Assembly (NCBI GenBank): GCA_032718475.1
Contig: JAUCBJ010007689.1
Coordinates: 25,271 to 89,270 of the forward strand
DNA from: Nemertoderma westbladi
Taxonomy: Eukaryota; Animalia; Xenacoelomorpha
DNA: 64,000 nucleotides
Reading direction: 5' to 3'
This document shows positions 41,313-52,957 of this stretch, one piece after another. The notes under the pieces are model-generated. The model saw only the letters and a list, made by a program, of their open reading frames with translations, was not told where the DNA came from and did not search any database. Each line of letters opens with the position of its first letter. Positions within the stretch are counted from its first letter, which is position 1. Made by a program: the position numbers and the translations under genes.

Positions 41313-41804
41313 GTAAGTCTATTAATATGAGTGCGAGTTGGTATAAATTATACTACTAGAAAATTCAGCAACATGGAAAAACTTGGTTGCGATGAACCCT
41401 ATGTCTTTCACATAATATATTTATGATTTTTAATTAAACAATTTTTGGTAATAGAATAAACAGAATAAAGAAATAATTTTTGAAAAATGATGAAGGGGCG
41501 CTGGAAATTGATGAAAATTTTGAGGTTTTTTTCTAATTTATTATTTTATTTTATAGTTAGTATTACAATTTATGAAAAAGAAATTTCAAAAGGTTTTCTG
41601 CAACTTTTAGCACAGTTACTATTACACTCACATAAATATTCAGACCCCTCAATAATAGACTTTTCTCGATATTTTCGTAATAGTAATGTCAATATGTCAC
41701 TAAATGGTAATTGCGATAACTCGAAAACTAAAAGAGCTATGGGATATAACAGTTTTCAGTTTTTGAAACCCCATATTAAATGTGCATCTTAATCGGTTCT
41801 TTAA

Positions 41805-42521
41805 AGGGGAAGGTACTTAAAGAGCTACACACCCGAACACACTCCAAAAACTGCCGAACACAATCTAACACAGTCGAAAATATAAAGAGCACAAAACAAT
41901 AACATCGGGTACCAACGTTTAGATAAAATTAGCCACGCGTTGCTTTTCTATAAGTAAATTCAAATTATTGAATAAAATCGTTGCGAAATTAAATATTCAT
42001 TTCTTATCAGATCAGCTAATGGTATCAGGAATCATGTCGCCTACCGGTAGGTTGGAAACAAAAAATTCTTAATTTGTTGCGTACTATTTGTATTTGTTGC
42101 TGTACAACAAACTATCTAAGGAAGCCTACCGGGTACATACAGTAGTAGGCCTAATAGCGGGTTAGCTAATAGGCCTGTTTGCCTGTGTACTGGAACAGCT
42201 TGGGCTGGGACTGATTGCTGAAGTAATGAATTAGGAAGTTAGGCCTACCACCGGTTAACGTACGTACATTACGTACGGTATCGGTACAACATAGCTACCG
42301 GTACCTGAATATTTAATTTCGCGAAAATTGTATTCAATAATTTCGGGAAATGACTTATAGAAAAGCAACTCGTGGATAATTTTATCTAAAAGTTGGTAAC
42401 CGGTGTTATTTTTTTTGCTCTTTCTATTTTCGACTATGTTCGATACTGTTCCGCAGTTTTTGGAGTGTGTTCGTGTGTGTACGCCTGTGTTCGGTCGTGT
42501 TGCTCTTTAAGTACCTTCCCT
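41805..42521. mobile_element. Kolobok-like MITE with ~200-bp TIRs and TTAA target
   Basis: TTAA|AGGGGAAGGTACTTAAAGAGC ... GCTCTTTAAGTACCTTCCCT|TTAA. The long imperfect TIRs extend to ~41999 and from ~42306. Confidence 0.8.
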
Positions 42522-42526
42522 TTAAA

Positions 42527-44054
42527 GGGGGAAGTCTTTCACCCCCTTATTTAGGAGACTGCATTTTATCCAAATTAAGTGATGTTTTACACACTTGTAT
42601 ACAATAGGTGGATAGAAAATGTTCAAAATTTTTTTTTTAATTTTTATTTTTTACCTACGTAACATAGGTAATTTATGCAATTATTAAAAAAATCTCAAAG
42701 GCTCCCACAATTTTCAATGAATTTTAATGAAATTTTATGCAAATGTCGGGATTACCATATACAATGAATCATATAGACAGAGTTTTGATATTATGTACCG
42801 TTTTCATTTTACAGCTAATTTTCGAAAATTACAACAACAAAAAACGAAAAATAGAAAAAATCAAGATAAATGAACAGATATTTAGTTAAAATTATGAATA
42901 AACTCACAATTTAAAAAATTTAGTCTATTCAATAGTTTCAACATCTAACACCAACTTTAACAAAATTAAGCGTTTTATATTGATTCTGTTGTAGGAAGCC
43001 TTTGCAATTTGAAATTTATAAATTTCATTCGCCAGAAATTGCATTTAAATAAGTTTATGGTTAGGGTAATTTAATTATATTTACATGTTAAAATGCACCC
43101 AACCCAGATGAAAATTTTGTTGTAAGGGTTTTCGGGATGGTGATTTCATTTTTGAAGTCAGATTTTTCATTTGATGCCATCATGTCTGTCTGAATTGCTG
43201 TCGGTCTGTCCGTCATATATGATCGACAGCTGAACAGACAGACAGACAATGTCGATGACGTCATACATGAAAACTGACATCGGAAATGAAATTACCAACC
43301 CAGAAAACCCTCATAACAAACCTTTTAGCCAGTTGGTATGCTTTCCTATTACTTTGACAGACAGATAGCTGGACAGACAGAAAAACCGACAGACAGACAT
43401 ACGGACAGAGTAGGTTTTGTTAAAAGTGAATTCTGACGACCGAAATGAAATCAGAAAAAGGGATAACCCCCCCCCCCCCCCATATCAAAACTTCTAGTTA
43501 GGTGGAATGATTTTCTTATATTTTGACAGACGGACATACAGACAGACCGACAGACGGACATACAGACAGACCGACAGACAGACATAATCGACTTCGCTAA
43601 ATATGAAAACTGACATCGGAAATAAAATTAACAAACAGAAAAACCACAACAAAAATGATTTAGTTTGGTGGTATTATGTTCTTATATTTTGACAGATAGA
43701 TCGTGACGGACAGACAGAAAGACACAAATATATGTTTTAATAGATATGCATAATAGTTTTCGTTAAAATGGAAACTAACGTTAGTTAGGAATGAAATCAG
43801 CGACCAGTAAAACCCCCAGAACTAAACTTTTAGCTAGGATGAATGGATTTCTGATATTTTGACAGACAAAGCGTCAGAAACACAATCCCAGACAGACACT
43901 TATACAGAGTAAGTTTAACATTATCGCTCATAATTTTTAAACTACATTAGCCATTAACAAGCGGTTTGAAGTTTTGAAATCCTCATGAAATTCTGCACCA
44001 AGTTGGAATGAAAATGAAAAATCGATTTTTTTTTCGGAGTTACGGACTTCCCCC
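42527..44054. mobile_element. Second Kolobok-like non-autonomous element, abutting the first; contains (CAGA)n-bearing ~170-bp repeats
   Basis: GGGGGAAGTC ... GACTTCCCCC|TTAA short TIRs. Internal diverged repeats (GAAATGAAAT..CAGAAAACCC..TTTGACAGACAGA) span ~43090-43900, and the first copy is inverted. Confidence 0.6.
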
Positions 44055-44184
44055 TTAAACGAAAAGAAATGAAGTTTATATCAATATGATTATATTTGAA
44101 CCTTGCGGGCCGTGTATGGCTTCAACACCATTTATAATTTTTGTCAATGTTTGTTAATGATAAGCTAAATTATTTACTTTCTAG

Positions 44185-44306
44185 GGACACATAACAAAAA
44201 TAAGGAAGGATTGGATGTCGCAAATTTGTATAAAGTGCATCACAATGTTCTTAATCAGGCTGAAGGTGTTGCAGACAGATTATCGGCACATGAAAAAATT
44301 ATGAAG
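44185..44306 (+). CDS. Internal coding exon (phase 1/0) of the host gene
   Basis: Acceptor TTTACTTTCTAG|GG and donor AAG|GTAGGG. It continues the frame of exon 41135-41312: (R)THNKNKEGLDVANLYKVHHNVLNQAEGVADRLSAHEKIMK. Confidence 0.8.
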
Positions 44307-44341
44307 GTAGGGAGTAACCTATGGTACTGTACATTAATTAA

Positions 44342-45366
44342 GTAGGTAGGACTTAGTGCCCGCGGCCACTTTTGGGACACATACAACCCTACTAGGTAGG
44401 ACTTAGTGTCCACGGCCACTATTGGGACACGTACACCCCTACTAGGTAGGACATTAGTGCCAGCGGCCACTTTTGGGACACATACACCCCTACTAGGTAG
44501 GACATTAGTGTCCACGGCCACTATTGGGACACATACACCCCTACTAGGTAGGACATTAGTGCCCACGGCCACTATTGGGACACATACACCCCGACTAGGT
44601 AGGACATTAGTGCCAGCGGCCACGATTGGGACACGTACACCCCGACTAGGTAGGACATTAGTGCCCGTGGCCACTACTGGGACACATACACCCCGACTAG
44701 GTAGGACATTAGTGCCCGCGGCCACTATTGGGACACATACACCCCTACTAGGTAGGACATTAGTGCCCGCGGCCACTATTGGGACACATACACCCCGACT
44801 AGGTAGGACATTAGTGCCAGCGGCCACAATTGGGACACGTACACCCCGACTAGGTAGGACATTAGTGCCCGTGGCCACTACTGGGACACATACACCCCTA
44901 CTAGGTAGGACATTAGTGCCCGCGGCCACTATTGGGACACATACACCCCTACTAGGTAGGACATTAGTGCCCGCGGCCACTATTGGGACACATACACCCC
45001 TACTAGGTAGGACATTAGTGCCCGCGGCCACTATTGGGACACATGCACCCCGACTAGGTAGGACATTAGTGCCCGCGGCCACTATTGGGACACATGCACC
45101 CCGACTAGGTAGGACATTAGTGCCCGCGGCCACTATTGGGACACATACACCCCTACTAGGTAGGACATTAGTGCCCGCGGCCACTATTGGGACACATACA
45201 CCCCTACTAGGTAGGACATTAGTGCCCGCGGCCACTATTGGGACACATACACCCCTACTAGGTAGGACATTAGTGCCCGCGGCCACTATTGGGACACATA
45301 CACCCCTACTAGGTAGGACATTAGTGCCCGCGGCCACTATTGGGACACATACACCCCTACTAGGTA
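44342..45366. repeat. 51-bp minisatellite, left part (a residual unit lies at 45904-45938)
   Basis: CTAGGTAGGACATTAGTGCCCGCGGCCACTATTGGGACACATACACCCCTA in tandem; it gives 17-aa periodic ORFs on both strands. Confidence 0.97.
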
Positions 45367-45938
45367 ATTCATCAATATAATTTCAGCTTAATTTATAGAA
45401 ATAAATATAATAAGCCTACTATAAATACCGGTAATGTCAATTATTTTAGAATAACTGAATTTCTGAATTTTAGGGTTACTTTCCTTTACTTTATTACTGT
45501 TATTAATCAGTAGCTCAACTGATATTAAGACCTAATTGATGTATAACAGGCCTACTATTTTATAAATCGGTTTGAGTTGATTTATAATATATTATGTACC
45601 CATACAAGGGTTTTTGAAAATATTTGAAAAGAGCTTGCGTGACATTTTGTGACAGAGGGGGGAGGGGGGGTGACGACTTTTGTGACGGACACGGCGATGT
45701 TCTTATTTTATTTATTTATTTATTTAAACCAGACAATATTTCATAGGGATATTACGTCCATAACTACAGCACCGGTATTAATGTACACAAGCAGAGCACG
45801 ACCCAATAAAAAGCGCAAAACAAAACACAGTTCTTTGCTTTAATGTTAGCTTGGCTTTGACTTTCACACATGTGTAGAAGAGTGGGTAACTTTAAATACA
45901 ATACATTAGTGCCAGCGGCACTATTGGGACACATACAC

Positions 45939-47142
45939 TGTAAAAGGCTTTTGCGGATCTAGCTAGTCATTTTCCCCGCAAAGTACTCTGTAGGTGTTTT
46001 AGCGGACATAAAAAGCCGTTTTCCTACTGTGTAGGTGTTTTAGTGGACATAAAAAGCCATTTTTTCTGTATGTGTACTTTAGCGGACATAACAAGCAATC
46101 TTATGCCGCAATGCGCCAAAATACTCTTAATTCAGTGTAGTTCAGATGACGACATCTATCAGCTGATATGTCGACGTGGAACTTTTTGGCTTTCTTTGTT
46201 CAGGCTCACTCACTCGACCAATCAGAGCGATTTTCATTTTATTTGCACAGAAGCCTCCGGGAAATCGCGCAATGCATTATGGTCTTTGTTTACCTTTTTT
46301 CCTGAGCCCAGAACATCGGCTGTGGAATTATTCTGTGTTTCAGACTTTAGCCAAACATTAGAATGGCGTTGATTATAGAAACGTATAACTGTTATCATAC
46401 AAGTCATACATATTGTCATACCTATCATATCATACTATACATACCTTTCACCGCATCATTTTACTGCTATTTACTGTCGGTTATTAATTGTTATCAGTTG
46501 ATGGATATGTTGCTATATTTGGAGAATATCGATAAATAATCATAAAACCCCAATCTTCTTGATATACTGAAGGTTAGAGAGACCGGTTACATATAACAAT
46601 TGCGACTTACATTATAGTGGTTTTGGAGTGAATTGAATGCTATTTCATAGACCCTACATGTGTCAGTTGCTGTTCTCCTTATATATGATCAAATTTAGTG
46701 AAGGTCGGCAGATCAGTGTGCAGCAGTGTGAGGTAGTGTGTATGAGTGTGAAAGATAACAAAGCATTTCCTAAAGAATGCGCCTTATACGTAAATCAATA
46801 GCCATACCGTTGTGTTTAGTGTAAGTCATAACTCTGTTTACATATTTAGAGCGCCACGTCCTAAAGGAATTGTTAATATTTCCTGAAAGTAAATAATATT
46901 TGTCAGAGATATTATAGTAACGATCAATCGAATAATACAGTAGGTCTACACCGCAATAAGGTCAGAGCATCCGAATCCAGTCTCCCTTAACCGTGGGTGA
47001 ATGATCGCGCATAGGCTGGCTTCGGCTAATGTAACTTTATGTGTATCAAATACAGTACTTGTTATAGGCTAAAGTCGATTTATAAACTAGAAGACACCTA
47101 AAATTGGCAGGTTAAACTGCTAAAGGTCTAAAAGCGCGAACA
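45939..47142 (+). repeat. 5' LTR (1204 bp)
   Basis: TGTAAAAGGC...GCGCGAACA. It differs from the 3' LTR by about a dozen substitutions and one 5-bp indel (counted by eye). Confidence 0.96.
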
Positions 47143-47160
47143 ATAACAGTTATCTGTTTC
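47143..47160 (+). promoter_or_regulatory. Primer-binding-site position; non-tRNA sequence complementary to LTR 46378-46395
   Basis: ATAACAGTTATCTGTTTC has no TGG start. It pairs with GAAACGTATAACTGTTAT through 16 Watson-Crick pairs, 1 G-U and 1 mismatch. Confidence 0.5.
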
Positions 47161-49131
47161 AGATTGCAGTGTAGGCAATAAATATAGTTGTCTATTGTTC
47201 TGGTAAGAACAATGACAGTTATAGCTTCTCTATTGCAACGTGGCAATAAAGGCAAAAGTACCGGTCGACCGGTAACCAGTAGGCCTGACTGCCTAACCGC
47301 CCGAACCGGTACTTACAGCAGTACAGGTACAGCAGTATTATTCGATTTTGATAATTATATACCGGTAGGTCTTGATATTTAATCAGGGACGGCCACCCTG
47401 GTTTTTTATTGGGATTTTACTTATTTCTGTCAGTTTTATTTATTTGTAAGTTAATATTGAGCAGAAGGCGTGTAAGCCTGCTCAGATTGTATAAATAATT
47501 TGTAGGCTGGATTGTTGTCTGACTGTTGTTAGAGTCTGAAGAGATTGCAGTGTGTGTAGAGTGTATGTCCGATAAAGTACTAGTTAGGAACGTGGGGGCA
47601 TCCAGTGCTGTAAGGTAAATCCCCCCCCCCCCCCCCCGAAAGAATAAGTCGTACTACTCGGTTAGAACGCATACTAACTAACCATTTCGGAGTCTGCATA
47701 TACTGTAGTTTATTTAGGCTTGATAGTAGTCTGCCAGCATTTGGTTTGTATTTTGTTTGTGTAGTCTGTACGGGTAGCGTAATATTTATTATTCAGAGTT
47801 TATGCGATTATTCGCAACATACATACCCCAAGTTTATTCCTACAGTAATTGTGCTTGTTATACATACCGTTATAGTTAAATTAACCCCGGTACTACATCA
47901 GGGCTGTTTGGCGTAGGTAAAGACTGGTGATTTTATGCTCTGGTCACTCCGGCAGATACCGTGGTTCTTTTAGCTGTACAAGTATTTTTAACTGCTGGTT
48001 ATTTGTTGTATAAGTACTTGTACCTAATTTAGGGTTTAGTGTACAGTGCTTTCCGAAGGTAATTAGTGTGTAGGCAGTATATTTGTGTTGTAAAGTGGTT
48101 AATAGGCACGTTAGCTATAGTAGGCTGCGGTAATTAACTTCTAGGTAGGAACACTCCGGGTACATAATGTAGTACTTATAGCGCTACGGCTATAAGTCGT
48201 CAGACGGTGGTATTTTCCTATCTAGACAACGCAATATATTTACTACTGCTTTATTATTTTCAAATACCGAAGTATCCTGTCCGTTTGTAATAACCAGAAA
48301 TTCTAACCCCTTGTTAGGCTGGTTTGTAGATTTCTTGTAAAATTAACCCTAAAAATTCGTACGTGTAATTTTTGTGTTTATTTAGAGATTGTAATCTCAC
48401 CCCGCAATTGTACATAATTTGTAGTAATAAGTAACTTAGGCAAGTAGAATTATTTGTTTTAGTGTCCAAAACAATAGGTAGCACTCCACTGAGAGCGTAC
48501 AGCTTCTGTGAAGTGACTCCTTACCAGAAATAATAACATTTATTTCAAACATTGACAAAAACCCATTATACGGGTATATATATTATAAATCAACTCAAAT
48601 CGATTTATAAAATAGTAGGCCTGTTATACATCAATTAGGTCTTAATATCAGTTGGACTACTGCTTAAATAACGGTAATAAAGTAAAGTAAAGTAACCAAG
48701 TAACCCCTAAAATTCAGAAATTCAATTATTCTAAAATAATTGACTTACCGGTATTTACGATAGGCTTATTATATTTATTTCTATAAATTTGAGTTGAAAA
48801 TATATACCGGTATTCTGTAATTAATTCTAGTCTATAATTATACTTATATATACTATAAGTGTAAGTTGTATACCGGTATTCACGATAGGCTTATTATATA
48901 TTTATATATATTTGTGCTGAAATTATATACCGGTATTCTGTGACAAACCTAATCCGTAATAATACTTATATATACTATAAGTGTATACCGGTATTCTAAT
49001 ATATTGTATATATATCACGTTACATAGAGTAACGATATCGGTAATTAATTACTAGGCTAACAGTGATACTGAATTATTAGACTTGCTTTAACTGTAATTA
49101 TAGCAGTAGGCATTCAACTGTACAAACAAAC

Positions 49132-50424
49132 ATGTCTGACACAAAGCAAAACCTGTCAGACAGTCTCCTAGATACAACCATCTGTGATCCAGATAGGAGT
49201 GTGGAACGTTTGAGACCGAAGTTCAACTCCCCTCCTACTGTAAGAAAGGTCATCCCTCCAGTAGTAGTATCAGACCCTAGGCTAGTCAAACACCGTAGGT
49301 CTATCATAGGCACTCGGGCTCAAGTCAAGCAGGACCAAGAAGCAGCTGTTAAACAGCAGCAACACTCGAGCCGAGAACTTATTTCTCAGCGGCCCGATAG
49401 CTCCAGTAGTTCGGATACTGTAGAGCTGACACCCGAGCGCGGAGCAAAGATGGCAGATGCGGTTTATTCGGATCCCCTTCTCATTCTTCCTGCAGCCATA
49501 CTCACTAGGGTATTGATTGCGGTGGAGGAACACCAAATTGATTGGGTGAGAAGTAAGCGATCGACCAAGGACAGTTATGCGGGATACACAAGGGAGGAAC
49601 TGAAGTCTATTGTCGAGTCGCAATGGAACTTCCCCGGACCCGGACTCCCGTTTAACTTATCGGAAGCTGCCTGGGAGGACTTATACAGGATGGGAGTGAC
49701 AAAGGACACTAGTGATCCAGCTGTGTGGAAGAGGTCGGCAGCAGGATATGTACAGGGATTCTTCAGCTCTTTGGAGCGATTAGAGGAACAACTATTTCAA
49801 CAACACCAAGGACCTCAAGAGCAGGGAGAGCTGCTTTATCAAGTTCGAGTAAGAATCCTAAGAATCAGACTCCTCCTATCAGCCTTTGAGGAAGCTTCAA
49901 AGAGAACCCAAGACACGTCATTGCAAGTTGCCGTCAAGACTTGGTTCCAACGGGTGAGTCTCAAGGTTCAAGGAACGACCCAGTGGAAAATTCAGCTAAC
50001 TGAGCGCTCGACCCATGGAGAATCAACAGACGCTGCCCTTTCTCAGGTGGAAAGCGAGGTTACATTAGAGAAACCTCAGAAGAAGGATGCTATTGACATC
50101 TATCTGTCGGACTATCAACGATTTATAGGTGACGAAGAGTTGAGGAGACGGCTGGCTGGACTTCGCCCTAATAGTGAAGGAGCCAAGTTTGTGCTGGACG
50201 CAATAGATGCGGAAATGTTAGCTGTGAACCAAGCTAAATTTGATGAAAATTTGTTGGAAAATCTGCAAGAGAAGCAAGACTACATAGATAAACAGAGAAC
50301 AGCTACTCAGTGGCAGATGATAAGTCGATCCACCCCCAAGCGACAGGGCTTTACATCATCGGATGAAGGCGATACCACCGATCCTGAAGGCGGAGGAAAT
50401 AGATCTCATTCCGAAATTGCCTGA
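49132..50424 (+). CDS. Retrotransposon ORF, probable N-terminal part of Gag (430 aa, helical), overlapping the next ORF in the +1 frame
   Basis: Long ORF inside the element that overlaps 50363-52957 by 62 nt; no motif recognised. Confidence 0.6.
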   Translation: MSDTKQNLSDSLLDTTICDPDRSVERLRPKFNSPPTVRKVIPPVVVSDPRLVKHRRSIIGTRAQVKQDQEAAVKQQQHSSRELISQRPDSSSSSDTVELTPERGAKMADAVYSDPLLILPAAILTRVLIAVEEHQIDWVRSKRSTKDSYAGYTREELKSIVESQWNFPGPGLPFNLSEAAWEDLYRMGVTKDTSDPAVWKRSAAGYVQGFFSSLERLEEQLFQQHQGPQEQGELLYQVRVRILRIRLLLSAFEEASKRTQDTSLQVAVKTWFQRVSLKVQGTTQWKIQLTERSTHGESTDAALSQVESEVTLEKPQKKDAIDIYLSDYQRFIGDEELRRRLAGLRPNSEGAKFVLDAIDAEMLAVNQAKFDENLLENLQEKQDYIDKQRTATQWQMISRSTPKRQGFTSSDEGDTTDPEGGGNRSHSEIA

Positions 50425-52957
50425 TTTGCCCCCAGCTGTGAGAAGGCAACTAGCTAGCACAGACTTAGGTAGTACAGAACCCACAGACCAAATTATTAGA
50501 GTAGAAAGACTCCCTACTATAGTAGATGAGCCTGAAATAATTAGGCCTGTTCTCGAAGCCACCCCTTTGGTGATAGAGACACCTGTACTCCCAGAACCTA
50601 CCTCTAAATTCCCTTTGCACAGCACTAAACTACCTGTGCCCAGCAGAACCGCCCCTGAGACAGTTCCTGTCCTGGACTCCGAGCGAAATATCAACGATTT
50701 GTCGCCCGTTGTCCCTCGTCTACCCGCTACTATGTTGGCTCCCGCTTCGGCGGTCGAGTGGGTGGATGAGGGATGGCGGGGGATGGATCTCCTGCTCGGG
50801 CAGATGCAGGAGACTGTTCACCAATTCAAGGGAACAGTAAGGGAAAGTAGGTTAGAGTTGCAAGAAGTGCAGCAGAATATCGCGTTAGAACGCGATAAAT
50901 TAGTAAATATACAAAAGGGTATACCACCACCCCCTGTAACAATGTGTCAACCTGTTAGGTCTGAAGTATTTCATGCGCAAGGTGTGGAGCCTACACGCAT
51001 CTATACTGCTAGTGAAGTAGAAACTCCTATAGTAAACCCTATTAAGGGTAATTATAAACCTGTTGACAATGATATTCCATATAGACCTGATCATAATCCG
51101 AGAAATTTATATACCGATAACTCGATATTAAATAACACGATGGCCCAAGAAAGTTTTACGCGTCAAATGGCTAGAACCGAAGCCCGTCAAGCGGTAAAGG
51201 TGGGAGAGATCGTCAAGTTCAATGGAGATGAGATGAAATGGTTACCTTTTAATGAATATTATAAAGATAATATACAGAACTCTGTGCTATCTAACGGAGA
51301 GACACTTAGATTCCTCATCGAGTGCTTGGAAGGATCTCCCAAGTTAATGGCGTTAAAGTTTATTGGACATCCAGATGGATTAAGACAAGTTTGGGATACA
51401 CTAAACATCAGGTATGGTAATAGGAATAACATAGCTAGGTATTTGTATGCGAAATTGGTAGCGCCCCGAAAGTTCATTAGCAGCAGGATTATAGAGTTTT
51501 CCGATGAGATTCAGGAGATCTGTAGACAATTAGATTGGCTAGGTGAGTCTCATGAATATCAGAGTTCTATGGTTATTGGAGCCGTAGCCTCTACTTTACC
51601 AAAGGGTGGAGTAGGTACACGCTGGGACAAGAAAGTCTTATATATGATGGAACAACAACGAAGATACCCTACCATGGCTGATCTCATGTCATTCTTAGAT
51701 GGAGAGGTAAAATTACAGCTCCTAAAGCAGTCCAGAGAGAAGACACCGGAAAATAAGGTAAGTGAGAAACCCGTTTCTAGGAGAAAGGTAACACCAGTGT
51801 GTTATACAGACGACGGCGAAAGCCAGGCTTCTCAAGAAGAGGACAGCGGGAAAGACACTGAAAGATCTTACTATGTCAACAAAGCGCCTAAAGACGTAAG
51901 TAAATTTAAGTCTCGAACCAATGACAGGAGAGAACAGGTAACAAAAACTCCTCCTACGTCTCCTAATAGAGTTCACGGAAGAAAGCCCGAGAAAAGAACG
52001 AGAGTGCACAACGTTACCCAAGGTAAGGTGAGTAACATCAAACCAAAATGTGCGCTGTGCGACGGGCCCCACCGTTTAAGTGTGTGTGATAAATTTTTAA
52101 AGAAATCACTAAAAGATAGACGTGAAGTCATGTGGGATAAGCGGTTGTGTTATAATTGCCTCAGACAAGGACACCAACGGCGAACCTGTTACTCTGACGC
52201 AAGGTGTGCAAAGTGCGGCGCGAAACATCATATCTTGTTGCACACTGAATTCGAAAGAAACAGCCCGAGTCAGGTAAGTGAGTCCGAACTACATGTCCAA
52301 TTCAGTGATGTGAACGACACTGATCAAAGTTCTGAGATGGAAGGATTCTATACGGATGAATTCTCCGATGAAAACGAATCCTGTTACCTAATAAATACCG
52401 CAGTGTATCGAGCACTTACGTATGAGAAAGAAACCGATAGTGAGCTCCCCCTAACTACTCCTGACCGACAACCATCTTGGAAAGCACCAACTTCCAACGT
52501 AGGAATCCGAGAATTTCCCGTAGTGCAGTTGAGAGTCCATGGGCCACAAAAGAGCTATATAGTGAACGCCCTCCTTGACTCCGGCAGCACAGGAACATTC
52601 ATCGACAAAGAACTAGCCAAAGACATCTTTGCTGGACAACCCAAGTTCCGAACTAAGTTGAACATGTCAGGAATTATGCAGGTTTGGAAATCTACAGTAA
52701 CTACAGATTACTATGTAGGCGTGTTGTCCACCCCCCAGGATGAACTAGGAGAATACAGCATAAGGTCAGTAAAAATGGTAGCGATAAAGAACTTCGCTAC
52801 CAGCCAAGTGGAACCTTATAACTGGGATGAGGACGATTTCACCCAGCAGCATAAGATATCTAGATTCAACACAGACTACCCTGGAGTGCAAATACTCATC
52901 GGCCAAAATGCGCATGAGGCGCTTGAGACATTGGAGAAACGGCCTGCTCAACCGTAA
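50363..52957 (+). pseudogene. BEL/Pao Gag (DUF1759-like region, triple zinc knuckle) plus aspartic protease
   Basis: KFNGDEMKWLPF; CALCDGPHRLSVC, CYNCLRQGHQRRTC and CAKCGAKHHILLH; ALLDSGSTGTFI. The frame continues past the TAA (PLQTYAGRTRVGWYFTGP). Confidence 0.9.

Noticed and set aside
46043-46428. ORFs in the LTR, repeated at 60267-60652
   Set aside because: Short, no recognisable motif, and duplicated only because they lie in the LTR.
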